Origin: an uncultured Gemmatimonadales bacterium
GTDB taxonomy: Bacteria > Gemmatimonadota > Gemmatimonadetes > Gemmatimonadales > GWC2-71-9
Length of the DNA stretch: 64,000 bases
Direction of reading: 5' to 3'
Assembly: GCA_963748815.1 (NCBI GenBank)
Contig: CAVVKJ010000008.1
Coordinates: 128,001 to 192,000, forward strand
Numbering within the stretch: the stretch's first letter is position 1; the number at the start of each line of letters is the position of its first letter. This document shows positions 9,724-20,471 of this stretch, piece by piece. The notes below the pieces were generated by a model. The model had not been told where the DNA came from, did not search any database, and saw only the letters and a list, made by a program, of their open reading frames with translations. The translations under genes and the position numbers were made by a program.

Positions 9724-9982
9724 ACTTGACCTTGGCGGCACACGTGTTGGCTCGATGGGACCGACCGGTGGGATGCACGAAACAAGGGTGGGCAGGCGAT
9801 CAGAAGTGGCGCAGATCTGGATGGCGAGCTGTGGTGCGAGGTTGGCCGGCGCAAGTTGCGCGGCAACGACTTAGGTCATCTAGGAGGAGGAGCGTTGCCT
9901 TGAGTGGTGCCAGGATCGCGGGCGAGCCCCGAGGGCCCGTGCAGCGGAGACGGCGTTCGTCAGGCGCCGACCCGTGCCGGGC

Positions 9983-10493
9983 TCATCGCTTCCGCTTCCC
10001 CCCGACGCCGGGGAGGGCCGCGACCTGCTTCATCCACGCCACGATCTGGCGTTCGTCGAGGTCGGCTCCGGATTCGAGTTCCACGCCCCGCGTCGACTTG
10101 CCCATCGCCACCGGCGCCACCGGCGGGCACCGGCGTGAGCGCCGCGCCGTTGATGAACATGAGCTTGACGTGGTCGGCGAAGCCGCCGCAACAGAAGCAC
10201 CAGCCGTCGCCGACGCCATAGTAGGACATGCCCCACTTCACGGAGCGCTGCAGGCCGGGCAGCGTCTGGCCGCCAGGGCATCGACGCGTTCGGCGATGCC
10301 GCGCTGCGGCTGCGGCAGGCTGGCGATGTAGGCGAAGACCGGCTTGTCGCCGTCCGCCGCCTTCGCGGGGCTCGCTTTGCCGGTGAGCATGGATCTCCGG
10401 CAGCGTCGTGTCAGCCTTGCCGTGTGCCGTTGCGCGCTTGACCGGTTTCCGGCCGGCGGGTGCGGACGTCTTCTCGCTCTTGCGGGTGGGCAT
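9983..10493 (-). CDS. DUF1801 (YdhG-like) domain protein (frameshifted)
   Basis: GDKPVFAYIASLPQPQRGIAERVDAL, LQRSVKWGMSYYG...WCFCCGGF..HVKLMFING, DLDERQIVAWMKQ across frames. Confidence 0.75.
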
Positions 10494-10528
10494 GCTCGTT
10501 GCTCCTGTCTCCGAAGTGTTGTCGCGCG

Positions 10529-11021
10529 CTACTTCATCGCGAGCACGTGCTCCACGAACTGATCGACGGCCGATCTCGGTGCCCTGGTAGAAGCCCGACG
10601 CCTTGTTGGTCTCGAGGTCCGCTTCATTCCGGTGCAGCGCCGTGAAGACGTAGCGCGTGCCGGTTCCCACGGGTTCCATCGTCACGATGGCGGTGATCGG
10701 AATGTCGTCGAAGACCGCCGGACGGTAGCCGGGGAACAACATGGAGGTCCAGACCAGTCGCTCCATCGGAACGACCTCCAGGAAACAGCCGAGGTTGGGA
10801 GATCTCCGGGCCGTCTGCCGACGGCGATGTCGATGCTGAAGATGCCGCCCGGTCGCACGTCCATTTCGGCTCGCGCCACACGCCCCCAGGGCCTGGGCAT
10901 GTACCACTCCTTCAGGTGCTCCGGCTTCGTCAACGCCTCCCAGACGAGCCTCGTGGGGGCGTCGATGAACCGTTCGATGGCGAAATCAAGCTTGCGGATT
11001 GAAGGTCGCGGGCGTGCTCAT
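10529..11021 (-). CDS. SRPBCC (AHSA1-like) protein (frameshifted)
   Basis: IERFIDAPTRLVWEALTKPEHLKEWYMPRPW, GCFLEVVPMERLVWT, GTRYVFTALH, GFYQGT; the start overlaps the arsR stop (ATGA). Confidence 0.8.
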
Positions 11022-11377
11022 GACTCTGATTCCTTTGCCTTGAGGTCGTTGACGTATTGGTCGAACCGGTCCAGCCGGGCTTCCCACAACTGGCGACGCG
11101 CGGTCAGCCAGTCATCGACGACCTTGAACCGTTCGGGTGCGATTTCGTAGGTCCGCACGCGCCCGCGCTTGGTCGACCGCACCAGCCGGCTCCGCTCGAG
11201 CACGGAGAGGTGCTGCACAAACGACGGGAGTTGCATGTCGAACGGTGCCGCCAGTTCGCTGACGGTGGCCGGTCCGACAGACAGTCGCTCCAGGACTTTC
11301 CGCCGAGTCGGGTTGGCCAGGGCATGAAAGGCTGCGTCCGCGGCGGCGCGTTGGGCCATGTCCGACATCATCCCCAT
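11018..11377 (-). CDS. ArsR/SmtB-family transcriptional regulator
   Basis: FHALANPTRRKVLERL..GPATVSELAAPFDM..QHLSVLERSRLVRSTKRGRVR...WEARLDRFD. Confidence 0.9.
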   Translation of the reverse strand: MGMMSDMAQRAAADAAFHALANPTRRKVLERLSVGPATVSELAAPFDMQLPSFVQHLSVLERSRLVRSTKRGRVRTYEIAPERFKVVDDWLTARRQLWEARLDRFDQYVNDLKAKESES

Positions 11378-11420
11378 GCGTGGGTTGACCGAGCTGACTG
11401 AAGGATTCTACAAGCGCATC

Positions 11421-11444
11421 ATACTTCTGTCAATACCTAAGTAT
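11421..11444. promoter_or_regulatory. Inverted repeat, candidate ArsR autoregulatory operator
   Basis: ATACTT-N12-AAGTAT in the AT-rich stretch upstream of arsR, overlapping a - strand TTGACA (11433-11428). Confidence 0.5.
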
Positions 11445-11655
11445 TGTCTGGCTTGAGGCACCCGTCGCCGCGCCGGAACAGGCACTCCGGCGAGCACGGC
11501 CTATCCAGCGCCGGTGGCTGGCAATGGGCGCGCTTGCGGCGGGAGCCATCGCGCCTGATACTGAATGCGAGGTCGCGCGGCGGCTGCCGCGAGCGCCCTC
11601 GCAGCGGATGCGCCATTCGTTCGGCCCGAGTGCCGTCATGGAAGAGAGGTCCGCG

Positions 11656-12222
11656 ATGCCTTCCCCACCCGACCTGCGCGAGACCATCCTGTCCGCCTGG
11701 CAGACCACTAGTCGGCTCACGCTCTATTTCGTGGAGCAGTTGCCGCCCGACCTCTGGGTCGCCTCCCTGCCAGGGGCACCGCGCCGCACGGTCCGCATGA
11801 TCGCCGGCCACATCCACAACGCGCGGTGCATGTGGATCAGGACCCTCGGCGTGCCCCACGGCCAACCCGTGCCAGCCTCGGTTGATCGGCGGAGGATCAC
11901 AGCCAGGCAGCTCCTGCCCGCCCTCCGACGCAGCGGGAACGGGATCGCCCATCTCCTGCAACTCGGCTGTGATCACGGTGGGAATATCCCGGCGACCCGG
12001 TCCTATCGGTGGCGCAATCTTCCACTGGACGTCGGGCACGTCCTCAGCTATTTCGTCGCCCACGAGGCGCATCACCGGGGACAGGTCGTGCTGGCGGCCC
12101 GGGCCCTTGGGCATCGCCTCCCACGCGAGGTCACCGCCGGCTTGTGGCAGTGGTCACGGCGTGCGGCCGAGGCCACGACACTCAGCGCGCGCTCACGCGC
12201 CACTCCTTCGTCTGGCGGCTGA
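11656..12222 (+). CDS. DinB-family protein
   Basis: IAGHIHNARCMW and YFVAHEAHHRGQ histidine motifs; GAGAGG upstream. Confidence 0.85.
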   Translation: MPSPPDLRETILSAWQTTSRLTLYFVEQLPPDLWVASLPGAPRRTVRMIAGHIHNARCMWIRTLGVPHGQPVPASVDRRRITARQLLPALRRSGNGIAHLLQLGCDHGGNIPATRSYRWRNLPLDVGHVLSYFVAHEAHHRGQVVLAARALGHRLPREVTAGLWQWSRRAAEATTLSARSRATPSSGG

Positions 12223-12238
12223 ACACCAGGGGGCAACG

Positions 12239-12643
12239 ATGGCAAGGATCACCGGAATCGGCGGCGTCTTCTTCAAGAGCACCGGCGACCACGCCGCACT
12301 GGCGGCCTGGTATCAGGCGCACCTGGGCCTGGCGCTGGAAGACTTTGGCGGCGCCATCCTCAAATGGCCGGACGACAAGGCCGATGATGACGGCCTGACA
12401 GTCTGGCACGTCGCCCAGAAGGACAGCGAGTGGTTCAGCCCAAGCCAGTCGTCGTTCATGATCAACTACCGGGTCGATAACCTCGGCGAGATGCTGGAGC
12501 AGCTGCGCGCGGGCGGCGTGGAGGTCATCCAGGGACCCGAATCCCACGAGAACGGCAAGTTTGCGTGGATCATGGACCCCGATGGCAACAAGGTCGAGCT
12601 CTGGGAGCCGATGCGCTGGGACGACAAGAACAAGGGCGCGTGA
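12239..12643 (+). CDS. VOC/glyoxalase-family protein
   Basis: MARITGIGGVFFKS...FMINYRVDNL...GKFAWIMDPDGNKVELWEP. Confidence 0.9.
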   Translation: MARITGIGGVFFKSTGDHAALAAWYQAHLGLALEDFGGAILKWPDDKADDDGLTVWHVAQKDSEWFSPSQSSFMINYRVDNLGEMLEQLRAGGVEVIQGPESHENGKFAWIMDPDGNKVELWEPMRWDDKNKGA

Positions 12644-13155
12644 GCACGATCTCCGGCGCCGAGCGCGCGTGGCGTCGCGCATTGACGGTGGCGCTGGCAC
12701 TCTACAGCGTCTGGTACCTGCGGACCCCCGATCGGTACCACCTGCTCGACGCCGTCGACCTGCCGATCCACGAGACAGGCCACCTGGTGTTCGCCTGGGG
12801 CGGAGACGTCCTCGCGGCCCTTGGCGGGACGCTGTTGCAGCTGCTCATGCCGCTGGCCTTCGTGGTCTACTTCTGGCGCCGTGGCGACCGCCACGCTGCC
12901 AGCATCCCGCTCTGGTGGACGGGACAGAACTGCTGGAACATCGCCCGCTACGTCGCCGACGCCCGGGCCATGGAATTGCCGCTGGTCGGCGGCGGGGAGC
13001 ATGACTGGAACTACCTCCTGAGCGAGTGGGGTGTGCTCAACCGCGACGCGCTCATTGCCCGTGACATCCGGTTCGTCGGCACCGTGCTCGCGATCGCCGC
13101 CCTCTGGATCGGCTGGCAGGCGCTGCGGGCCCCACCTCCGCCCGAGCCGCGTTGA
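12640..13155 (+). CDS. Membrane protein with HExGH motif (M50B-like)
   Basis: DLPIHETGHLVF, LGGTLLQLLMP, YVADARAMELPL..GEHDWNYLL; GTGA overlap with the upstream gene. Confidence 0.7.
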   Translation: MSTISGAERAWRRALTVALALYSVWYLRTPDRYHLLDAVDLPIHETGHLVFAWGGDVLAALGGTLLQLLMPLAFVVYFWRRGDRHAASIPLWWTGQNCWNIARYVADARAMELPLVGGGEHDWNYLLSEWGVLNRDALIARDIRFVGTVLAIAALWIGWQALRAPPPPEPR

Positions 13156-13174
13156 GCCTGCCAGCACTGAAACG

Positions 13175-13204
13175 ACTGAGGCCCTCCTGTCGGAGGGCCT
13201 CGGT
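13175..13204. terminator. Hairpin between convergent genes
   Basis: ACTGAGGCCCTCC-TGTC-GGAGGGCCTCGGT. Confidence 0.65.
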
Positions 13205-13237
13205 CGTGGGACTGCCGGAGTTTCGGCGAATCCGCGG

Positions 13238-14184
13238 TCAGGGCTGTACCACCCGCGACCAGGTCGAGTCCGGGTTGTAGAGCTCCATCGTGCGGAAGGC
13301 CTCCAGCGTCGTCTCGCCCAGGTCCTTCTCGTATACCACCCCTTCCCAGCTCACGATGAAGGTCTGGATGCCGGTAACCCCATACTCCGCCGGCGCGGCG
13401 ACGAGGGCGAAGCCGCCGATCATCGCTCCTTCGACCATGAAGTTCATCGCCCCAATCGGCGCGTCGGGCCCCTGGCCCTTGAGGACCTTGTAGTAGTAGC
13501 CGTGGAACGGCTGACTGCGATCGGTGTAGCCCTCGGCGATGACGCGGGCGATGTTCTCGCCGACCGGACCCTCCCAGGTGCCGTCCGCGGCCTGCCACGC
13601 CAGGCCGTCCTGTGTGCCAGGCGTGCTGATGATGCGCTGCGCGTACTGATTGAGGAGCGATCCATCGTGCCGCACGAGCGCATACTCGCGCTCCGCCTCG
13701 ACGAAGCCGAGGCACACCGTGATCGCGTCGAGTTCGTTCTGCCCGATCCGCCGGCGCAGGATCTCTTCCTTCCCCGCCGCGGCATCGAAGTACCAGGCGC
13801 CGTTGCGCTCGACGATCGGGATTGGCATCGGCCAATCCTCGGCACCGACGTTGAGCACGGCGCTCGTGTGCGCGGAATCGAACTCGAGCCGCTGCTGCAC
13901 CCGCGCCTCCGCCGCGAAGGCGGCGGCATTGTTGCGGTCCAGGACGGTGTCGGCGGTCGCCACCAGCGGCTCCCCGTCCGGGCCGAGGATCGCCTTCAAT
14001 TCCGGCACGTCGAACCGCTCCGCCGCGGCGACGAGCGCGGTCACCGCCTCCTCGGGACGTCGCGAAGGTCCGCTCCGGCACCGATGGAAGCGGGGCCCTT
14101 CTGGTCGCCGCACGCCGAGACGACGCCGCAGAGCGCGACCGCGAGGCCGAGCCGATAGGGGAATCCCATGGTCATGGTCCTCAT
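13238..14184 (-). CDS. DUF2950-family lipoprotein (frameshift near 14070)
   Basis: WPMPIPIV..WYFDAAAGKEEILRRRIGQNEL, YAQRIISTPG..DGLAW, PFHGYYYKVLKGQG, GVTGIQTFIVS..GVVYEKDLG; lipobox VSAC in the upstream frame. Confidence 0.85.
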
Positions 14185-15522
14185 TAGCGGCGCCCTCCGC
14201 CACCCCGTGAGCCACCGCCCGCCACCTCGCGAGCCGCCATAACTGCTGCCGCCCATGCTCGACGCGCCACGCGAGCTGCTCGCCCGGGCACTCGAGCCGC
14301 TGTATCCACCCTGGCCGCCGCTGAACCCGCTCTGGCCGCCCTTCGAACTCGGCACATCACGACCGCCGACCTGGTTCCCGCCCGTCCCCTTCGCCGGCTG
14401 GGTGCTGGCGCTCGGAACCCGCGCGCTCCCGCCGCCTGCCTGGCCCGCGCCGCCGGCCGGCTTGGTGCTCGCGGTGGGAGCCCGTCCCCCCGCGCCTCCA
14501 GCCGGCTGGGTGCCCGCGCTGGGAGCCCGACCACCGGCGCCCCCCGCCTGGCCCGCGCCGCCCGCCGGTCGGGTGCTGGCGCTCGGGCTCCGTCCCCCTG
14601 CGCCGCCGGCCTGGCCGCCATACTTGTTGGCCGTCGAGTTGTTCGGGTAGGGCGTCCCGCCGCGATGCGACGGGTTGTGCTGCCAGTTGTTGTTGCCGCC
14701 GCCCCCGTTGTGGTTGATCTGGTTGAAATTGTTGTTGTTGTTGATGATGACCGTGTTGTTGCTGTGCCCCCAGCCGGCGTAGCAGCAGGAGCCCCCCCAG
14801 ACGGCCGACCTCCATACCACACCCACCGTGAAGGCGACCAGGTACGCGCCCGGCGGCGGCGGCGGCGGATAGTAAATGGGGGGATAGGGGTAATAGGCCG
14901 GCGGACCGTACACCACCGTCGGCGTGTATACCGGAACGTAGACCACCTCCGGATTGGTGGGCTGCACGACGATCACCGTCTGCTTTTCGACGACCTGGGT
15001 ATCGACCTTCTGCTGCTCGTTCGAGGCGAGAGCGCCGTTGGCCATGGCTTTCTTGCGCATCACCTGCACGGCGTCCATCACGTCGGTCTGCTGCGCGAGA
15101 AAGGCGTTGCCGAGCTCCGTGGTCCACTGGATGTCGTCGGCGAGCCGCTTGACCACGTCGGGGATCACCGCCATCGACTGGATGCTCGGGTCCCAGGGCT
15201 GCTTGGCCACAGAGTCGGCCAGCGCCTTGTCCTTGAGGTCGGGGTGCTTGGCCATCCACTGCTGCAGTTGGATGATTTCCAGCGGGTAGGTGGACGCGAC
15301 GAGGGTCTGGGCCAGGAGGGGATCGGGATAGAGGGCAATCGGGGCCACCAGCGCCTCGAGCTGCGCCATGGGGAGCTTGCCCGTGTCTGCGGTGGCGGCC
15401 GGCACCGCCGCAGGTTTGTCCTGTGCCGCAGCGGTGTCAGCGCCCAGCCCGAGGAGGCACACGCCGATGATCGACACGAACCACCGCCGTCGCGGTTGCC
15501 GCATATGGGCTCGAAACGCCAT
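14184..15522 (-). CDS. DUF3300-family protein with Gly-rich repetitive C-terminus (frameshift near 14220)
   Basis: QLEALVAPIALYPDPLLAQTLVASTYPLEI, WDPSIQSM, WTTELGNAFLAQ..DVMDAVQVMR, PEVVYVPVY; the usual partner of DUF2950. Confidence 0.88.
14380..14620 (-). repeat. Coding tandem repeats (AGGAG[Q]AGG..R.PSAST.P) in DUF3300 tail
   Basis: About four degenerate units of 45-63 bp encoding low-complexity peptide. Confidence 0.7.
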
Positions 15523-15670
15523 GGAATTCCTCACGATGCTGTTCCGGGTTGTCCCGCCGATTCTCCTGCGCGGCTGCTTGTCGCCTGCGCTCCGGGACAG
15601 GTGTACCTTAACGCACGAGAAGGCAATAGTGAAGAACGGTCCCTCGCCTGCGGAGCCTTCGGCCCCTCCC

Positions 15671-16592
15671 GTGACATTCTCGCTCCCTCCCGACGCCCCT
15701 CGCCGTCCGCTCACCCGCTTCGCGCCGGCGCCGACCGGGTACCTCCACCTCGGCCACGCGGCGAGCGCCGCCTGGGTCTGGGGCGTGGCGCGGGCTCTCG
15801 GGGGCAGGGTGCTGCTGCGCGTCGAGGATCACGACCGCGGCCGTTCCCGGCCGGAGTACGAGCAGGCGCTGCTGGAGGATCTCGAGTGGCTCGGCCTGGA
15901 GCCCGACATCGGTCAGCCAGCGGAGTATCGGGCCGGGAGATGCGAGTACCGGCAGAGCGACCGGGAGGCGTCGTATGACCGCGCCCTGGCGCGCCTCCAG
16001 TTCGAGGGCCTGGTCTTCGCCTGCGACTGCTCACGCCGCCGCCTGCGAGAGTCGGGACGCGACGTGCCGAACATGGAGACCCGCTATGCCGGGCGTTGCC
16101 GGCACCGTGACCTGCCGATGGAAAGTGGACTGGGCGTGCGCGTCACGGATGGAATCAGGGCAGGAATCATTCATGGACCTGCGGCTCGGCGCGCAGACTC
16201 AGGAGCCGGCCGCGCAGTGCGGCGACCTCCTGATCCGTGATCGCACCGGGCAGTGGACCTACCAGTTTGCCGTCACGGTCGACGACGCGGAACAGGGAAT
16301 CGATTTGGTGATTCGGGGGGCTGATCTGCTCGAATCCACTGGGCGCCAGCTGCGCCTGGCGCGCCTCCTGGGCCGCACGTCGGCGCCGCGCTACCTGCAC
16401 CACCCGCTCATCCTGGCCCCCACCGGCGCCAAACTCAGCAAGGCGAAGAGGGACACGGGGCTGCGCGAGCTGCGTGCGGCCGGGGTGACGCCGGAGGAGG
16501 TCTTGGGCACGGCGGCGGCCGCAACGGGGCTGCTGCCGAACCCCATGTCTATCTCCGCAGTAGACCTGGCGGGCCTGTTCATTGTGACGTAA
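15671..16592 (+). CDS. gluQ: Glutamyl-Q tRNA(Asp) synthetase (frameshift near 16150)
   Basis: RFAPAPTGYLHLGH, LLRVEDHD, CDCSR, YQFAVTVDD, VIRGADLLEST, KLSK; ~305 aa, no anticodon-binding domain. Confidence 0.85.
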
Positions 16593-16621
16593 CGCCCCCA
16601 CGCCCAACCGCTATATTCCTG

Positions 16622-16661
16622 CCCCGCTTCCCCGCTTCCCCGCTTCCCCGCTTCCCCGCTT
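16622..16661. repeat. (CCCCGCTT)5 octamer tandem repeat
   Basis: Five perfect copies abutting the symporter stop codon. Confidence 0.95.
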
Positions 16662-17947
16662 ACGAGTCGCCCGCTACCACCGCCGGCGCCATCCCTTCCA
16701 ATTCACGATCGATTCGGTCGATATAGACCGCCGCCGAAATGTCGCCACTGACGTTCAGGGTCGTGCGGGTCATGTCCAGGATGCGGTCGACGCCGAGAAT
16801 GATCGCGATCCCCTCCGGCGGCACGCCGACGGTGGCCATGACCAGCATCATCAGCGGCAGGGATCCGCCGGGCACGCCGGCGGCGCCGATCGCCGTCATG
16901 ACGGACAACACCACCACGATGATCTGCGATCGCGAACGACAGGTGCACGCCGAACACCTGGGCCAGGAAGAGCACCGTCACCCCCTCGAAGAGGGCGGTG
17001 CCGTTCATGTTCATCGTGGCGCCCAGCGGAAGGACGAACCCGGCGATTTTCGACTGCACGCCGAGCTCGCTTTCGGCGGTGGCGATGGAGGTCGGCAGCG
17101 TCGCCATGCTCGAACTGGTGGAGAAGGCCGTGATGATCGGCGCCTCGATCCCCTTCCAGAACTTGAGGGGACTCATGCGGCCGAACACCTTGACCAGGAA
17201 CGAGATGCCGACGGTGGCGTGCAGCAGCAGTCCGACCAGGACCACGACGACGTACATGCTCAGCTGTTGCAGGATCCCCCAGCCGAACTGGGAGGTGATG
17301 ACGAAGACCAGGGCGAAGACGCCGTAGGGGGCGAGCTTCATCGCCAGGTTGATGATGGCGATGACCGCCTCTCCGATCCCCTCGAGGATGGCGATGACCG
17401 GTTGGGCCTTTTCGCGCGGAATCATGGTGAGCGCGGCGCCGAAGATGAGGGAGAAGAAGATCAGCGCCAGCATGTCCATGTTGGCGGCGGCCGCCACGGG
17501 GTTCCGGGGGACGATGTTGACGAAGGTGTTGATGCCGAAGTCCTGCGCCCCCGACTGGGCCAGCCCCTGCGCGCCGCTCGCGAAGCGGGCCATCAGCTCG
17601 TCCCGCGTCTCGGGCGGAAGGCCCGCCCCCGGCTTGATCGTGTTCACCAGGGTGAGCCCGATGACCGCGGCAATGAGGGTGGAGAGGGCGAAGTAGCCGA
17701 AGGTGCGGCCTCCCAGCCGTCCCAGCGTCTTCATGTCGCCGATCCCCGCGACGCCCACCGCGATCGAGGTGAAGACGATCGGCACCACGGTCATGAACAG
17801 CAGGCGGAGGAAGACCTGCCCGACGGGATAGGCCACGTTGTCGGAGACGAAGGTCAACCACCCGGCGCCGCTGAACAGCCGGTTGCAGAGCCCGCCGACG
17901 AGCGCGCCTGCGACCAGGCCGATCGCGATCTTCGTGTGAAGCTTCAC
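16660..17947 (-). CDS. Dicarboxylate/amino acid:cation symporter, copy 2 (frameshift near 16930)
   Basis: AFSTSSSMATLP, PLGATMNMNGTALFE, GAAGVPGG, GVDRILDMTRT. Confidence 0.93.
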
Positions 17948-17987
17948 GCCAATCTCCTTCGGTAGAGAGCGGGCCGCTGCAGAGGTC

Positions 17988-19286
17988 CTAGCCCGCCCGG
18001 GGCGCCGGCCCGGATAGCGGCGCCGAGTCCCTGCCCGTCATTTCACGGTCGCAGCGATCAATGTACGTGCTGGCGGCAAGGTCGCCAGCCACATTGAGCG
18101 TGGTTCGGCTCATGTCGAGGATGCGATCCACGCCGAGAATGATCGCGATCCCCTCCGGCGGGACGCCCACCGTGGCCATCACCAGCATCATCAGCGGCAG
18201 CGAGCCGCCCGGGACGCCCGCCGCACCGATCGCGGTCATGACGGACAGGATCACCACGATGACCTGTGCGCCGAGGGAGAGATCGACGCCGAACACCTGG
18301 GCCAGGAAGAGGACGGTCACCCCCTCGAAGAGGGCGGTGCCGTTCATGTTCATCGTGGCGCCCAGGGGCAGCACGAAGCCGGCGATCTTGGGCTGCACCC
18401 CGAGCCGGTTTTCGGCGGTCGCGATGGAGGTCGGCAGCGTCGCCATGCTGGAGCTGGTCGAGAAGGCCGTGATCATCGGCGCCTCGATCGCTTTCCAGAA
18501 CCGGAGCGGGCTCATGCGGCCGAAGAGCTTCACCATGGCCGAGATCCCGATGGTCGCGTGCAGCGCCAGGCCAAGCAGCACGACGATCACGTACATGCTC
18601 AGCTGTTGCAGGATGCCCCAGCCGAACTGGGAGGTGATGACGAAGATGAGGGCGAAGACACCGAAGGGCGCGAGCTTCATGGCCAGGTCGATGATCGCGA
18701 TGACGGCGTCGCCGATCCCTTCCAGGAGGGCGATCACCGGCTTGGCCTTCTCGCGCGGGATCATCGTCAGCGCCGCGCCGAAGATCAGGGAGAAGAAGAT
18801 CAGCGCCAGCATGTCCATGTTCACCGCCGCCGCCACCGGGTTGCGTGGCACGATGTTCACGAAGGTGCTGATGCCGAAGTTCGCCGCGCCCGCCTGGGCC
18901 AGCCCCTGGGCCCCGCTGGCAAATCGTGCCATGAGTTCGTCGCGGGTCTCGGCGGGGAGCCCCGCACCCGGCTGGATCGTGTTCACCAGCGCCAGGCCGA
19001 GGAGCGCCGCCAGCAACGTGGAGATCCCGAAGAACGCCATCGTGCGCCCGCCCAGCCGGCCGAGCGTCCGCATGTCCCCGATGCCCGCCACGCCCACGGC
19101 GATCGAGGTGAACACGATCGGCACGACGGTCATGAAGAGCAGTCGGAGGAAGACCTGCCCGATGGGGTAGGCCACGTTGTCGGACAGGAAGGCCAGCCAC
19201 CCGGCGTCACGGAAGAAGCGGTTGCAGAGGCCGCCGACCAGCGCGCCCAGCACCAGGCCCAGCGCAATCTTCGTGTGAAGCTTCAC
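17988..19286 (-). CDS. Dicarboxylate/amino acid:cation symporter, copy 1
   Basis: Same GltP/DctA-family motifs, intact 432 aa. Confidence 0.95.
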   Translation of the reverse strand: MKLHTKIALGLVLGALVGGLCNRFFRDAGWLAFLSDNVAYPIGQVFLRLLFMTVVPIVFTSIAVGVAGIGDMRTLGRLGGRTMAFFGISTLLAALLGLALVNTIQPGAGLPAETRDELMARFASGAQGLAQAGAANFGISTFVNIVPRNPVAAAVNMDMLALIFFSLIFGAALTMIPREKAKPVIALLEGIGDAVIAIIDLAMKLAPFGVFALIFVITSQFGWGILQQLSMYVIVVLLGLALHATIGISAMVKLFGRMSPLRFWKAIEAPMITAFSTSSSMATLPTSIATAENRLGVQPKIAGFVLPLGATMNMNGTALFEGVTVLFLAQVFGVDLSLGAQVIVVILSVMTAIGAAGVPGGSLPLMMLVMATVGVPPEGIAIILGVDRILDMSRTTLNVAGDLAASTYIDRCDREMTGRDSAPLSGPAPRAG

Positions 19287-19359
19287 GCGAGGCTCCCTGT
19301 CTCAGTCGTCATGGATCGAGCGGAGGCCCCGCCGCGGTGGGCTCGGCGGGGTCGGAAGG

Positions 19360-20463
19360 TCAGCTGGCGAGCGCGCCAGCCTTGGCGTCGATGCCGCCGA
19401 GGAGCGAACGGAAGGAGGCGGCGAACTTGTCCACGCCCTCGGTCTCCAACTCATCGGTCACGCGGGCGAGGTCGATGCCGGCGGCAGCGAGGGCCGCCAG
19501 CCGAGCCGCGGCGGTCGCGGTACCGTCGGCAATCCGGACGGCCGGGGCGCCGTGGTCGCGGTAGGCCACGAAGGTCTCGGGGGGGAGGGTGTTCACGGTC
19601 TGCGGGGCGATGAGCGCCTCGACGTAGTACACGTCGGGGAGGGCAGGGTCCTTGGTGCTGGTCGATGCCCAGAGCGGGCGCTGAACCTGCGCCCCCTTCG
19701 CCGCGAGTGCATCCCATCGCCCTCCACGGAATACCCGCTCAAACGCCGCATACGCCAGGCAGGCGTTGGCGATGGCGATGGTGCCTCGCAGTTCGCCGTG
19801 CCCCGCCCGGTCCAGCATCGGGTCGACCTTGGTGTCGACCCGGCTCACGAAGAAGCTCGCCACCGAGGCCACGTGCGCCAGAGGCTGCCCCGCCGCCGCG
19901 CGCCGCTCGAGACCGCGCAGGTACGCCTCCATGACCGCTTCGTGCCGCGCCACCGAGAAGAGCAGGGTGACATTCACGTTGATCCCGTCGGCGATGCACC
20001 GCTCGATGGCGCCGAGTCCTTCGACGGTGCCCGGGATCTTGATCATCAGGTTGGGCCGCGCCACCGCCGCCCAGAGCCGCCGCGCCGCCGCCTCGGTGGC
20101 TGTGCCGTCACGTGCCAGCGTCGGCGAGACTTCCAGCGACACCAAGCCGTCCGTCCCGCGGCTGTGCTCGTACACCGGCCGGAAGGCGTCACAGGCGGCG
20201 CGCACGTCGGCAATGGCCAGCGCCTCGAAGATCGCCTCCGCGTCACAGCCGTCGGCGGCCAGCCGGCGGATGTCCTCGTCGTAGTCGGCGCTCCCCGCGA
20301 TCGCCTTCTCGAAGATCGTCGGGTTGGAGGTCATCCCCAGCAGGCCGTCGTTCGAGATCAGCGCCCGCAGCTCGCCGGTCGCGATCAGCTCGCGGGTGAT
20401 GAAGTCGTACCAGGGGCTCTGCCCGAGGGCGCCGAGCCGAACGAGCGGATTGTCGCTTGCCAT
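19360..20463 (-). CDS. tal: Transaldolase
   Basis: GQSPWYD, GMTSNPTIFEKA, NLMIKIPGT, NVNVTLLFS, VASFFVSRVD, RPLWASTSTK. Confidence 0.95.
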   Translation of the reverse strand: MASDNPLVRLGALGQSPWYDFITRELIATGELRALISNDGLLGMTSNPTIFEKAIAGSADYDEDIRRLAADGCDAEAIFEALAIADVRAACDAFRPVYEHSRGTDGLVSLEVSPTLARDGTATEAAARRLWAAVARPNLMIKIPGTVEGLGAIERCIADGINVNVTLLFSVARHEAVMEAYLRGLERRAAAGQPLAHVASVASFFVSRVDTKVDPMLDRAGHGELRGTIAIANACLAYAAFERVFRGGRWDALAAKGAQVQRPLWASTSTKDPALPDVYYVEALIAPQTVNTLPPETFVAYRDHGAPAVRIADGTATAAARLAALAAAGIDLARVTDELETEGVDKFAASFRSLLGGIDAKAGALAS

Positions 20464-20471
20464 GGAATCCC

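Noticed and set aside
14380..14620. Repeats as a possible CRISPR array
   Set aside because: In-frame degenerate coding repeats of the DUF3300 tail; no unique spacers and no cas genes.
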